Assembly: GCA_964016885.1 (NCBI GenBank)
Contig: OZ024742.1
Location: forward strand, 305,846,001-305,910,000
Direction of reading: 5' to 3'
DNA length: 64,000 nt
Source: Eledone cirrhosa
Taxonomy: Eukaryota
Made by a program: the position numbers and the translations under genes. Position 1 is the stretch's first letter, and each line of letters starts with the position of its first letter. The notes under the pieces are model-generated. The model was given only the letters and a program-made list of their open reading frames with translations, searched no databases and was not told the DNA's origin. This document shows, one piece after another, positions 26,913-42,288 of this stretch.

Positions 26913-29900
26913 GTAGATTCTTCCCTATGTCTCTTTATCACTTCATATCCCTGTTTCTTCTAGTCTGGGAGCAATTGGCTGTGTACACACCTGAAAACGA
27001 ACAGGCTCCGCTAGGTTTTATATGCCTCAAAGCTCGCCATGGTTTAAGATGTCGTGCATAACTAGTACCCAATCAGTCATAAAGGGCTTTTGTCTTACCT
27101 TAATATGTTATACACTTCTATATAATAAACATTACTACTATTATTTTGTATTATGTACCTCTCTTTTCTAAACTAATTATATTTCTACATTTTTCCTACA
27201 CCTGACTCGAAACTCACTCTAATATCTTCTCTCAAAATCTCTAGATTTTTCTATTTGAATTACCACATATCGAAACAAGATTCTTCTCGGTACGGTAGTC
27301 ATACAAATTGCTAGAAATAACAATTGAATACATAAAGCTGTCTCAAATAATTCCTCTTCAACAATATCGAACATGCAATAGAATACAATATGGCCCAGGC
27401 TACAAAACAATGCCACAATTAAGACGTGGTGGTTAGAGTTGGAATGAGTTATTCCCATAGGATGGGTTAAAAAACAACAACAAGAATAACAACAACAACA
27501 AAAACAATAATAATGTCCATTGTGTATTATTTACATATAGCACAGTTTGATCAAGGACAACCATTAACAACACCAAATATTAAATCTTTGTTTCGGACTT
27601 CACTAAAAGACTTCACTAAAAGACTTGCGAGGCCAAGGATATGTATAATTACCTCTATAGATAACCATGACAGAGATTATTGATGCATTTTAGAGAATGA
27701 AAATACATTTTAAATAAAACGGGACGAAAGTGCTTCATTCTAAGCCTATATATTGACAGTATTGTTCATAATGTAAGAATTGTGAGTGGAAAGATATATA
27801 CTATTTATCACTGACAGCGTCGTTAGATCGCAGGACAAAACGATTTGTAGTCTATTTTTAGTTCTACGAATTCTGATTTCAAATCAAGCTGCTTTTCATT
27901 TGTTTGATGGCAGCAAACTCTAGCATGTCAAGGCTGTAAATTGGCGGAATTGTGACTGCTGCTAGCCTAAATCTATTGATATATTTATTTAGCCTCTTCT
28001 CCTTCTGATGTGAAATCCTGCCGATGCTTACATGGATGACAGACTTAATATCTGATATGATATATCAGTACTATCTGGTTCTTGGGGACATTACCTGCAG
28101 TGTAATCACTCAACGTATCAGGATAGGTCCCCGATTTAACAATATCTTCCTCGGGGCTTTGTCATGTATTTCCTGATTAGAAAATAGAAGAAAAAATATA
28201 TTTGTTCAATTAGAACTATGCCTGTTTCAAATCAAACTATAAACAGCAAATTCAAAATGCTTGGTAATTATGACAAGACAATAACATATAGTTCATACTC
28301 AATGGAATTGTCAAGATATAATGTGGCTCGCATTGGACATGAGAGATTATGTCATTAATAACAGTGAATGACAGATTGACTATCAGTTACCTAATTGTTT
28401 CTATGACATCCCAGGCAGACATATTTGAACGTCAAAAGAGAAATATAAAAAAATTCTACAAAAATATGAATATGTATTTTTCATTTTTATTTTTTTTTTT
28501 TTTTCTGTCATTAAATTTTGGTTTTAAAACATGGTAAGGAAGTTTTTTAAACCTCGGAATAAATGATATATTAGTGTTGAAGAAGTGATAGAATTTCGCT
28601 GATTTGCTCAATGAATATTTCGACAGGAATTCGAGTCTTTTAAAAGGTTTCAAACTGCATGCACCGCTAAAATTGAACCAATTAAAACAACCATGAAAAG
28701 CTGATAAATTAAGAAACTATATCGATGCATATGAAGCCATCTAAAGAATATTTAGTTAAATATGAAAATTGAAACGAATGTTCCATCTTCAAATGACGTG
28801 CCTAGAAGATTCTCTCCTCATGATTTCACATTTTAAATGTAAAATATCACTAGACCTCCTGGTGAACTTTCCCTTAACATTCATTTTACTTTTATTTATT
28901 TATCAATTCATTTCTTTCTTTATTTAATTATTTACCATGCGTCATGAAATGAAATAATTCACAAATGATATAATTACGTAAGAAAAGACTATGCTGAGAA
29001 AAATATACTGGAACCAATGAGCTTTTTTTTCCCTCCAATACATTAATTTATTCATACAGAACAAGAAATAAGTTCTCAGATTTTCGAGAAAGTGAGCTGA
29101 TTACAATTCCTTCTCGAAACCTGTTTTCTTAAACGACACGATTAATGTTATCAAATGAAGGTCATATAATCTAATTCTTTCCTCCCTGTGAATATGTATT
29201 ATTGTTATAAAGGGTAGAGTTTATTGAGCCACAACGGAGTGGTCACCATCATATTGTAGTGAGAACAGCTTTTCGCTCATTTACTGGAGTGTCATCGACA
29301 CATTACTTGCCTGCCCCACAACTTTGTAGTCTGGTGGCTTTTTAAAACAATCTACTAATATAACATTCAATTCTATTATGAAAATGTAGCAGAGTTCATC
29401 TTTTACGGATCGAAATATCAATGTATGTACTAGAGACATCACACATCGGGTTACTCGAAGAAGAATAGTCAAATTTCTGTTCGAATAAAAGGGAGTTTCA
29501 ACAGGTTTTAAGACTACCCCACGTGAACCAAATATTAATCCTTCAAAAAACATAATGAATTAATACTCCGAGAAACGATTTTCAAAAGGATTCTTTTCTA
29601 CGAGCATAGCACCGATAATTTATATGGAAATAGTGATAACATATTTTGGTAACTATCACTTTCTTGGTATAAGTGACAATAAGCCAATTATTCAAAATAC
29701 AAGTGTGAGTTTTTATCCCATCCAAACCGTTAAAAACGAAGCACTTACTTTTAGCTATAACGCTAAAAAGATAATTTCCCTGATAGTCATCAACAATTAC
29801 TATATTCACTCTGCCCCCCCCCCCCAAAAAAAATAGCATTAGCATAAAAGTACTAATGCATACAAGAAGAAAAACGTAGAAAACCATGGGTAATTCATTG

Positions 29901-30989
29901 AAATATAAATTAGATTCGTCCATAAATTCGCGTTCGCTTCTGTAAAGTTTTCTAATTCAAGGGTAAAGTGGTCAGCTACGCATATGACATATTTGGGATG
30001 TGAAAGGCTGACCTAGATAGGCTTCATAGACAGGGATGGATCTAAACACAATAAATATTTTTAAGAATGAGATTGTGTTAAGAACATAGATTGTACAGGA
30101 AATAAAGGATCTAAGTGAAGATAATTGACTCTATAGAAACGTACAGCTACATCTAGGATCTTACCCCAGAACAGACAATATCGATTTCTATGTTGGGCAC
30201 GAGGTCACATATGTATGGGAGGGAGAGTACAGCCGATTAAATTAACCCCAATCTTTGAGTTGTAATGATTTTATCGATTTTGAAATGATGAAAGGCAAAG
30301 TCAACATTTATTTCCTATCCCTCCACATATTCTTCCCTTCACCACATTCACAGAATAGATAATAGGGATTGATTTCTGGCCAAATAAAAGGCCTCTTTAT
30401 GTGCACATGTGATATAACTGATTAAATCGCACGTCACGCTCCACCAAATGTGAATGATATTATCGCTCTTAAACCGATGAAAGAGAAACAAGATATTATT
30501 TTTGTACTCATTTGATACACAGACATTATGTAGAGTATGACATATATTTTAGTCTTTATTCATTGGCTAATATATGTGCCAAGTAATAAGTTCTTAAAAA
30601 CACAAGTAAACAACATTTATAAAACAATACACAGTGAATAAGTAGGAATAATGAACAAGCCATATATATTTCAAAATAACAAACCCCAATATCAACAACA
30701 GTTATAACATTGACTTGATTTTTTTTTTGTATAAAGGACTTCTTTTGCGATTAAATTGGAAACATTCAAATTATCCCTTTGATACTGCCAATGTATGAGG
30801 CTGAAGGACACACTCTTACAAAACGAACACTTGCTACTCAGGATATAGAAATGTTGGTTGGTGTATTTTATTCGTCTGTCACTACAATTGGCTGCTTTTT
30901 ATATGATACATATCGACATACTTCATTAACATTCAATCCATTTCTATATTTGTACGCTACACTTCATTAAACTACATTTGTACACTTTA

Positions 30990-31250
30990 GCTATTCACAA
31001 TACTACGCATGTATACCTCTATGTTTTCTGTTCACTTCATATTTCTACGCGTCTGTACACCTCTACGTTTTGTTCTACATTTCGCATTGGTGTGCGACCG
31101 TAAACCGCTCCACTATCTCTACATTTCACAATAATACGCGACTGTAGACCTCTACGTTTTCTCTACATTTCACATTTGTTCGCGATACTTTACTGTATTC
31201 CACTACACATCATTTGTCACCTTCGATACTTCTACACGTTTATAGTTTAC
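30990..31250. repeat. Degenerate ~50-bp tandem repeat
   Basis: Recurring cctctacgtttt..ctacatttcacat..cgcg.ctgta. Confidence 0.6.
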
Positions 31251-33047
31251 TGCATTTTACGTGTAAACTAGATATTTTGTTTCCTGAGAGCGGTGTTAAT
31301 TATTCGTTGTAGAGACAAGAATTTGGCTAAGCATGCTCTAGTGAGACAAAATGCATAAAAGATTGGTGTAGCAGATGAAAACGTTTAAGATCATAATAAT
31401 ATAAAGAGTAACAATAATTTTAATTGCAATTACAGTAAAGAGTTAACACAAAACAAGGGGAGTAAGTTTGCCATCATTAACAACAATAGCTACAGAAAAC
31501 TCATAAGACAGCGACTATTGGGAGAATTTGAGTAGAAAGCTAGATTCAGGATATATTCAAGTGAAAGAATATCTATGATACGAAGATGGGTAGATTACCT
31601 GCCGTTTGAAAACATGTTGGACCGTGAGAAAGGGGAAATTCTGAGATTTAAGTGGTGAAATTGTCAATAATGACGAGAGAAGACCATAAAACGGTCTTTT
31701 TTTTTTTTCATAGGTTATTGGTTATAATTTCACATTCATCTTAACCTTCACGGAAACGCGCGTACAGAGAAGAAAGAATGAAAAACAAAAAAATGACACA
31801 TAATTAAATAAAGAACAGAACTACAAAAATAAAAGACGAACAAGGGAGTAAATTAAGTAATTGTTTCTAATTTAGGCACACAACTAACAAGTACGGGAGA
31901 AGAAAATCGATTACATCAAACCCAGTACGTAAGTGAAACATTATCTTATCAACCGCGGAAGAATGAAAAAGCAAGATTGATCTCAGTGGGAATTGAACTA
32001 TATGACAGCTATACTAATTTTGCCTATTCACAATCCGGGGGAAATGAAATAATGAAAACTTTGGAAAGAGAAGAGAGGAACAATCTATACAACCTTGGAT
32101 AGGCTGTAGATCTCAGCTGTGTCCCCCCACGGAGATGGCCAAAGCATTACTTGGGAGAACAGCCAGAAAAACCCTCTTCATCAGTCATTAAGTTGAACTA
32201 AACATTAACATTTAGAAAGATCTCCAGAAAGAAATTCTTAAATTCTGCATTGAAATAAATCCGCTATTTCTATATTTTGTGTTCTATAATCTTTTTTGTC
32301 AATACATGTATTTTTTGTATTTTTTTTACTTTTAAACAATTCTTTTTTTGACATTTTTCTAATTCCTGAACAGTCTGCTTCAACTTTTTTTCCAATTTTC
32401 TTTATGTTGTTGAGACTAGTATTTTGATAGAATATTAAACTGATTTGGTAATCAATGCAGGAGTTTAGAATTTTTTCTTCTGTATAATTTTATCGATATT
32501 TGTGATTCTCATTTTGTCTGATTTCATCAATGACGGAGAAAGCTACGCAAAATTTCTTTATACATGATAAGATATTTCTATTAATCTTTGCCGTACTTTT
32601 CTTCTTTTTTTCAGAAAACAGGATTTTTAAAACATTATACTATCATTATTTATTTCAGACATTATCTTATCTTCGGTCACTGCCCCATCCCACAATTAGT
32701 ACTATGGGCTATAAGGCTCAAGCAGATTTAAGAGGATTCATTCGAGATCTTCAGAAATAGTGGTGATGAATTCTAAACTTACAGGAAATAAGGAAGACAC
32801 GAGTAGCTGGTTAATAAACTATCGAATCGACTCCGAAAGAATAAAAGACATCTTTGACCTTAGTGATATTTGAACTCAGGTTAGATTTAAATGCCGAATT
32901 CTATTTTCTCCAAAGATCTCATGGTTCTGTAAATCCATCACGTTTCACCGCATAATATATGAATGAATAATTAGGATACAAGCAAAGTAGAATTGGGTCA
33001 CTGGAAATAATAAATGTTTCAGAAAACCCCAAGCAGATGATGCTAAA

Positions 33048-33079
<32 letters not shown>

Positions 33080-33864
33080 AAAGGAACTGGAGGCGGAAAA
33101 TTAACGGTTACTAAAGAAGGGAACAAATGTTTTGAAAATGTTTTGAAAATGTTTCCCTTGTGAGAAGGAAGAGAAAATAGAAATAATAAATGAAACAATA
33201 AAATACGGCCGAACATAAAAATAATATGAGTGAACGGAAACCATGTAACAGTATAGAATTTCTAATATATTAGGATCATAAGAGAAAGCATCTGATAAGT
33301 AAAAGAAAACCTAATGACATTCGATTGCAAGAATACGGAAGAAAATGAAGGAAAACAAGAAAAAAAGCTATGAATAATACAAAAAGAAAATTCGAAAATC
33401 AATAATTCCACAATAAAAAACGATTGAGAAAAAATGGTATTATTTATGTATGCATAAATTGTATGGGGTGTAGCAAGCAAAAGTATAAAGGAAGCAAATA
33501 TAACAGAAATTATAATGACTTATATATTTAATATTTTCAGATGTTCAACACAACGAGAAACAATTCATATTATATGGAAAACAATTCATAGATATATTTC
33601 TGGATAACAAAAAATAAAAACACTGGTTTTCTATGTAAAAGGTGGTTGCTCAAATTGCTAGAAATAGCAACCATATCACCTTTAAACAATTTAAAAAGAA
33701 TGACCAACCCATAGGAAATTTAGTTTTAGATATGAAAACAACAACAAAAAACATACACACACAATGGAGTGGAATGGCTTTGACGATAGACACATTGAAT
33801 TAGAGAATACCTGAGTATACAGATATATACAGATTTAAATTAAACAGAAACATATATATATTTG

Positions 33865-34850
33865 TTGAAAATGGGGTAAAACAAGGATATAGGAGCACCT
33901 AAACTGTTTGCATTGTATTTCTCTATGGTTTACCATGTGGTATTCGAAGACTGCATAGATGGCATTTATATCATTCATCGTTTGGCAATCAAGTTATATC
34001 ACTTCAGATGGTTTACTGCCAAAACAAAGGTGTTCCCTACTTTATTACATGACGTTTTGTATACAGATGATTGTGGCATTCTTGCACATTCTGAAAGTGT
34101 CATGAAGCACATGTTGGATTCTCTTTCGGAAGCATGCAGACCATTGGGTCTCACAATCAGTCTGGCCAAGGCAGTTGTCATGTATCAACCTGCTCCGGGC
34201 AGGGATCGTACTGAGCCTACCATTTATGTGTTTGGTAAAACATTGAAGGTTTGGGATAACTGTGTGTATTTAGGCAGCACAGTTAACATGACAAATACGC
34301 ATGATTATGAAATCTCGTTACAACTAAAGAATTCAAGTGATTCTTTTGGTAAATTAGATGGGTGTCTCTGGTGCAGCGTGTGATTTTCGATGATACAAAG
34401 TTAAAGGCGTACAGAACATGTATATAGCCTTCATTGCTGTATACATGTAAAACTTGGGACACATACCAGCGAAATATAAAAATGCTTCAACATTTCCTCA
34501 ACATCGTCTTTGCCAAATACTCGGTATTAATTGGAATTCACATATCAGCGATGTTGGAGTGCTGGAATGAAGTTATTTTAAAAGTGTTGAATCTGTCATA
34601 ATTCAATATAGATTGTGCATGAGCAGCTGTGTTGTAAGAATGACAAAGTATCGTATTCCTAAGCAGTTACTATACAGGGAGTTATTTAAGGCATACCCCA
34701 AAACACAGATATGAAGATTACATCAAAAGTGTTTGAGGAATCAAAAATCCTAGTTAACTGGGAAGACATTACCTTAGATCGACCAACTTCGAGGAGAACA
34801 GTGTTTAATGGAAAACAAGAATTTCAAAGATTTCGTGTAGGGCACGAACA
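33865..34850 (+). pseudogene. RTE-clade LINE reverse transcriptase relic
   Basis: NGVKQG, LYTDDCGILAHSE, GLTISLAK..VMYQP, YLGST and RIPKQLLY motifs, with stops and frameshifts. Confidence 0.85.
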
Positions 34851-35261
34851 ATTAAAGACGACGTTCTGCGTAAGTGTCTTCATGATATTGTTTTACCTGA
34901 ATATTCAGATGCCACAAATGATTTTATGTTCAATGGTTGTGGGCGGATTATCCGCAGGAAAGCTGTAAAGCCGGTCAAAAAATTCATCATAGCAGTCATG
35001 TACATAATGTTGCCGATTATTGTCTTTTTGACATTCGTTCCTGTTGGAAGAATGAGAAACAATGTGTCTCGCCAGCGTCATTTAAAAACTCCCCAAAACA
35101 AAACAAGGAACCAGATTTTAAATAATGATCATCACTAAACCTTATGGAGAGAGCAATGTAAATTCTTAGCAGGGCTAAAGAGTCATATTCGTATCACCCG
35201 CGTGTGAGAGAGGATTCTGTTGGTGGCAATTCTTGAAATCGAGATACAGCCATCATGAGAA

Positions 35262-35640
35262 AATGAGTTTTTTTTTAATAAAAAAAACGAGATGTCCTCC
35301 ACGGGTAAAAGTATAAGAAAAATAAATCGAAAATGCAGCTGGAGTTTTTTTAAGAATATTTATATATTTCCTTTGCCAGTTTCACATTTCTTATGCTTTT
35401 GAAAAGTAGAATTGAAATGGAGGGTTTGTGGTTCGTCTCGCCGCTGGTTCGTGTTCGAAAGTTCTTGGTGTTTTTTGGTGTTTTTTTGTTTTTTTTAGAT
35501 GATTTGATTGGTTGATGACTGTCACGAAAATAAGCACAATAAATTTCGCGCCAGTTCACGTTCCAAAGTTCTTATTGTATTTGCCATAAAAAATGTGACT
35601 AAAATTGTTGTTATGTTATAAGTGTAATTTGGTAGGTTGA
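35262..35640 (-). mobile_element. Older copy of the Neptune-type PLE 3' UTR (homologous to 54685-55080)
   Basis: Shared aaatcgaaaatgcaRctggag and gagggtYtgtggtt blocks; decayed HHR near 35370-35407. Confidence 0.7.
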
Positions 35641-36122
35641 TGACTGTAGTCGTCTGTTAGTTCATCCCTATATTTCATCCACAAGGACAGAGGATCACGA
35701 ATACAGCTGGAAGAATAGATAATGCCTGCCTGAAATGTGGACGAAATTACTTTAAATTACTTCAAAAAACAACTTTCTTCTGTGAAGAAACACAACTACT
35801 GCTACCTTCTCTTACCACCAAATTTTGAGCAAGAAGAATGAAAGGACATTTACAGCAAACATTTGATTTTAATTTTAAATCCTTAGTTTTTAACTCTTTT
35901 TAATTTTTATTTCAACACTCACCATTTGATAAGATGGATTTTAATAATACATCGAAACCGGTAATTCTTCATATACTTTATATGCATTATAAAACTTTTT
36001 TGTAAAAAGAATTGTCCCTCGCATTTTTTTAAGTAATGTTATCTTTTCAAAAATGTCACTTTGACGAATCAAAAAAGAAAAACAGACCCTTAAATATATT
36101 TTCCGTGCTATTTCCAACTTCA

Positions 36123-36209
<87 letters not shown>

Positions 36210-38080
36210 AAGAGAGAGTGTGTGAGTGAGAGAAAGCAAGCGAGTAAAAGAGAGAGAGATAGAGAAATAGATAGAAATGTGATGGAGAGAAACACGACAT
36301 GCTGTTAAGAAATAAAAGATTGTTCTGATATAACTGACATTAGGATTTAATGATGTTATTGTTGCATTTTTGCTGTTGTAGAAGTTCCGGATCTACACTG
36401 TAAGGAAAAATAATAAAATATGACTGTCAATTAGAGATTTCGTGGACAACGTCAACTTGCATTTTTTAGTGTCATTTTTTATTTCGATGTTTTAAATTAT
36501 AATTTCATTTTCTTTATAATAATCGACATTAATATGTATTTTGTTGCGTATGTAATATTATTTTCTTCCTTTAACAGATATTTTAATATGTAGTTATACA
36601 TGTTAGTCGATATTTTCTAAGTATCGTCTTGATTCATTTATATCTGCGAAATCTTGATGAACATTTAAGTAAACATTCGTTATGTTGTGAATGATTGTAA
36701 ATATATAATAATGTAAGTGTATTGTCTCTTTCTTTTTTTTGTTACTTCCTTCTATCTCCTTCTCGCGGTTTTGTACGCATTTTTTTCTCTCTATCTTTAA
36801 AACACCCACACCCACAATCATACACACACACACTCACACACACGCACACTCACTCATACACACACTCTCTCTGTACTCCGACCCATATCTATCATAGTTG
36901 CTCCTCTCTCTCTTTATCTCTGCCTCTCCCCTTCCACATAAACTCACACCGAGACACCTTCATGGTATTCTACTACAACCCTTTGGAAACTAACCTTACA
37001 CATTTATTTTCTTCTAGACATTCTATTTAGATTCGCCTCGATAAATAAACAAAGTGTTCAAACTACAGTTCATAATCAGAATAATTTTAAAATAGAATCA
37101 GCACCCGAATGAACAATTGTTCTATTAAAATAACATCAGAGTTCGCGAACATTTTTTCTGCTCACTGAGAGAATAATAACTGAATGTTACTTATAGTATA
37201 TAGAAACCCGGGCTGATCTAATTTGGTCTTCACAATTTGCTTAACGTTGCAGGCTATGTGAGTTAATTGATGAATAATGCAACTGAAATGGACCTCCATC
37301 GGCTTCGTTGATAAGTGGTCCAGTTGCCATTGACAGCTACTCACAAACTTTACGTGCAAGTGACTGAGTTTTTAATAGAAAAGTGCATACTCAATGTACT
37401 TTTCAGGGTGTTTCTGTCGGACACAGAATGTGACGAGGCTGGCCGATTGAATTACAGATACAGAGCTTACGATGCACTCCCAATCAGTTTCTGTTTATTC
37501 AATTTTCCTCCTGGCATGGATAAACCAGAGGTTATGATAAATGATACTTGCCCATGAAGCCCACAGTGCGAAGCGAACATGTTAACAGTTTGACCACGTT
37601 GTGTCCACATAATACAATAAAGATATTTGTTTAAAGGAACATTTGAAATGCGAAGCAAACCTTACTGGGGAGTCATTATAACAAACAAATAACTTAAACA
37701 AGCTGTGAAAAGTAAACAAATTGATTTCACTTCAGGTTGTCTCTCTCTGGTCAGAAACGTTGATCGAAATTACTGTTTTCAGGTATTTTTTCAACCGAAA
37801 TATTTTAACAGCTCTATTAGTCCCTCAACCTTCTCAGAGGGAGAGAAAGAGAGAGAGAGAGAGAAATAGGGGGAGAGAAAGAGAGAGAGAGAGAGGGAGG
37901 AAGAGAGGGGAAATGGGGAGAGGGGGAAGATAGAGGCCTGTAGTTTAAGAGCTTTGTTTACCTTTCTCTGTGACCCTAAGTTGTTTATATACTAAAACAC
38001 TTTTCCATCTAAATGAATTTATTTTCAGTAATACACACACACACATACACACACACAAACAAACACACACACACACACAT

Positions 38081-38114
<34 letters not shown>

Positions 38115-39094
38115 GTGTGTGGGTGTGTGGGTGGGTGTGGGTGTGTGTGTGTGTGTATTTACACATAACAATGCAGGCTTTTTTTAAACTTTCATAAAAT
38201 AGACGTCATACCGTTTGCTTTGTCTTCTATTTTCTCTTCTTACCATTCCTACACCTCAGTGTCAATGTTCTTTGTCCATATTATTCTTTTCCGGTTTTTC
38301 TATTTCTCTCCGTTCTATTTATTCTCCTTCGGCTAGGACTCTCCCTTCTTTGTCAGTTGATACAATTGGGATACGTTTACGTTTTTATTTGTATAACACG
38401 CCGAAAGGCATAACTTGACCTGTCTCTGTCTATACCTATTTTGCTACTTCCCAATATGAATTGGAATGAAAAGTATCGAGCTTAATGAACCGAAACTCTA
38501 GTGATTTCGAAAGGTAGACTGTCGAGATGGGAGTGTCCGTTTTCCCGCTGTTTCGTGCTGTGCGCCCCACACTATTTTGGTATATATGTAGCTGAGTGTT
38601 TAGAGAATTGGATTCGCAATCGTGATGTTGTGTGTTCGATTCCTGGACCGGGCGATGCGTTATGTCATTGAGCAAGGCACTTTATTTCATGTTGCCCCTA
38701 CTACCTGGATTTACGACCGATAGATAGTATTAGCAAATTGGAAAGACCAACGGAAACATTGTTACCTCGGTCCGATTCGACGAAAGTCAATCCATCCTTT
38801 ATATATATATATATATATATCATCATCAGCATCATCATCGTCGTCCAGGTCGTCTTCATCCTTATCATCACAATTGAACGGCTATTTTCCCAGCTAGGCC
38901 ACTATATTTTAACCTGTAATCCATGTTTCATTTCTGTTGCACTTCATTTCTCCCTCTCCATTCCCCGCCCCCCTCTCTCTCCCTCTCTCTCTCTCTTTCT
39001 GTCTGTGATATTTGAATCTACGATGGTTTGGCCTTACCTTATTCATATATATATATATATTTGCAAGTCAGTTGGATTCAAACTTCCACTGATT

Positions 39095-39252
<158 letters not shown>

Positions 39253-39343
39253 TATCTGTTTGTTAAAATAGTTAAATTACATTAATTCAGCAGTTAAACA
39301 AATAGGAATAATGAGGTTGTTACCAAAGAGCCAGAAGATTGAC

Positions 39344-40300
39344 AAGTTGACCCTAAATATGACTAATAGCTCTAGGAAAGCCATGAACAAGACAGCACCT
39401 TTTTAACTTTGATTTTGAAAGTAGGTTTGTAATTATTAATTATAATTATTATTAATTTTCATTTTTCCTTTGTCTCGGCGGCGTAGTTGGAGGAATCATA
39501 GACGGTGGTGATCCTGCTCTGAAGTTCGATCCTGGTCGGGAGTAAGTTTCCCGGTAAACCTTTTCAGTTTTTTTCAATGGGATGTAAAATAAAAACTGAA
39601 AAATATTGCAAGTACCTCTTGACCATGAATGAACTCAAGACCAGGATTTCTACCGTGTCTAGTACCTACCGATAGGCCAATGAGACAGCTACGAAAATCT
39701 TATGAAAATTCATACTTATAAACCTACTTTCAAAATGTTCAATACAATATCATGTGGTGTCGTTCATGACTTTCTTAATTTCATTGCTCCTATTTAAGGT
39801 CGACTTCTAAATAATTTGGGTGTTCCATAAACTACATTCTCTTCTTGTTTCTCATCTATCTAGACTATATTTTAACCTGAAATCCATGTTTCATTTCTGT
39901 TGCACCTCATCCCCCCTCTCTCTCTTTATCTCTGTGATATTTGAATCTACTAAGGCTATCTACGATAACTCTAGGAAAGCCATGACACACATTTTTTTAA
40001 CCTTGATTTTGAAAGTAGGTTTGTAATTATTACTTTTTACTATACTTTAGTAGTTGTCGCGGTGGCCGAGTCATAGACGGTGGTGAACCTGATCTGAAGT
40101 TCGATTCTGGTCACGAGTACGGTTCCCGGTAAACCTTTTCAGTTTTTTCCTATCGGATGTAAAATAAAAACTGAAAAGGATTATATGCATCTCTTGACCC
40201 CGATTGAACCTAGGACCAAGATCTTCAACGTCTATAGAACATACGACTAGGCCACTGTTGCAGCTACGGTAATCATTTGAAAATTCATACTTTAAACCTG
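39344..40300. mobile_element. Two tandem copies of a fold-back element carrying inverted tRNA-like units
   Basis: 39344-39806 is an imperfect palindrome (ttttgaaagtaggttt / aaacctactttcaaaa). Second copy at 39966-40300; 38898-39021 is also repeated at 39865-39950. Confidence 0.7.
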
Positions 40301-40721
40301 TCTCAGAGGCCTAGAGGGAAAATAGACGTTCAGTACTGAAGCAGCGTCACCTACCGCACTGGCCGGGGTACCATCTCGCTTATATATATTTCTGCGTTCT
40401 CCCAAGCGCATTCTATCATGACACCAGCACCAGGGAGTATGTAATGTCCCGTACTTATCTGGATGTTTCTCACAACCCTTTGTATTAAAGGGTTTCTACA
40501 GTTAGATGCCCTTCCTATTGCCAACCATTTTACAGCGTGTACTGGGTGTGATTCTCGTACAGATCCCCATCAAAAGTGAAGATGATGTGTTACAATAAGT
40601 CGTTATATTAAGTAAATGAAAATATATATACTCACTCGATACGAAAATTAGGCTGCTCAGCCGTTAATATGCATAAGGAAAGTATATACTTTCAAACGTT
40701 CAACCATCTGGCAGGAAGGCA

Positions 40722-40766
40722 TACGTTGCTGACGATAGCTAATAAGCTTGAAACTAGTACATCGTT
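40722..40766 (+). ncRNA. Minimal type I hammerhead ribozyme
   Basis: acgttg-CTGACGA-tAGCT aata AGCTt-GAAAC TA GTA-catcgt. Confidence 0.8.
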
Positions 40767-41038
40767 CCTGTGTCAGTGTTGAACAAAAAGGTGACGTGGT
40801 TGCCTAAACACTGTACGGCGTAATTCGGGCTGTTTGTTTGTTTACAAACAAACCGAACATTATAATAAATGTTCGGTAAACCGATACGTGCATATATATA
40901 TGTGTGCATGTATGTATATATATAGACATACTACTGTACGTCTGTATACATATATGTATGTACGTATACATATATACATACTTACATTTAAGTAACTGCG
41001 GTACTAAGAGTGTGAAATGAAATTTCGTTTCATTCTAT

Positions 41039-41076
<38 letters not shown>

Positions 41077-41116
41077 TTGTGTGCATGTGTATATATATAT
41101 ATATATATATGGTTGT

Positions 41117-41438
41117 GTCCAATGATGTTGACTTGTTCTTCTTTTTGATAAATATCATCTTGGTTAAGAGAGTGGGACTGGCTTTGTGCATTGCCTTTGC
41201 TCACGATAAAAGCTTCACGGCACACGCATTGCTTTGTATCTGGAGATCTCTCTGCACTTGTCGTCACATGGTACCATGTACACTATGTGTCAATAATTGT
41301 CACAAGTGTAGTGTTTGTGCCAGAGTTTTCAAGTCGCTGGCTGGACTAAAAAGTCACACTCGTTCAGCGCATCGATAGGGGTTCTCCTACATGGATATAA
41401 AGTAGTGGCCGTACTCGAAAACGAGTTGGCAGCCACCA
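41117..41438 (+). mobile_element. 5'-truncated copy of the RTE-derived non-autonomous element
   Basis: Reverse complement of 44061-44390; encodes HKCSVCARVFKSLAGLKSHTRSAH (C2H2-like LINE C-terminus). Confidence 0.8.
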
Positions 41439-42239
41439 TATATATATATGCCTCCTTAACCTCTGTATTAACTTGCCCATTATTTTGCTACTTTCTTAAT
41501 GTTGTCTTATACATGTATGTTATTGACGATGAGAAAGCTAGACAACCCTCTCATCTAATATAGACCACACAAATCTCACTACAGTGATAAATTCTTCATC
41601 TGTCAGATAATAACCGACTCTTACGGCCACCTGACCTACATTGTTTAAAGACACCCGCTTATCTTTACACTAGGTATAATACACACCACGACAGCTTTTA
41701 CATGTCAATTTTATACATCTGCCTCATGTCAACTAGTTTTACACGCTAAAATCGTAGATATACTATACTTCCCACCTAGATTGATGTTGTGATTATTTCA
41801 AATGATTTATTGCTAGCATTGTTGATATTGTTGTCATTGTTCTGACTGAGTGCCATTACTACTACATATAGTAGCCATGCCTGTATATTATTTTCATTCT
41901 CATAAGCTCCGATGAACTGACTGGTTATGACTTTGTATTGGCGATCGAGTAACGTGAAAATAAGTGGATAGCGATCTCTAGACCTACCAGTTCAGAGAAA
42001 CAATTGTCAACAATGAGATTAGAAACCTTTTTTGTATAGCAAACCGTGTCACTCTTCTTTCCTGATTTATTATTACTCCAAGTGTTTACAACATAGGAAT
42101 TACAGCGTACTCGCAGCATCACTATGGAAACGCATTGTTGAGTCAAGCTTAGCCAAGCGTTGATATTATCCACTACACGGAGTACCATAACTGGACTACA
42201 CCTAAGTGGACTACCTATAACAATAATTTGTTACCCCGT

Positions 42240-42288
<49 letters not shown>

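Noticed and set aside
27030-27460. Possible PLE RT/EN relic on the minus strand (PMG.., FRYV..)
   Set aside because: Too decayed; the catalytic residues are absent.
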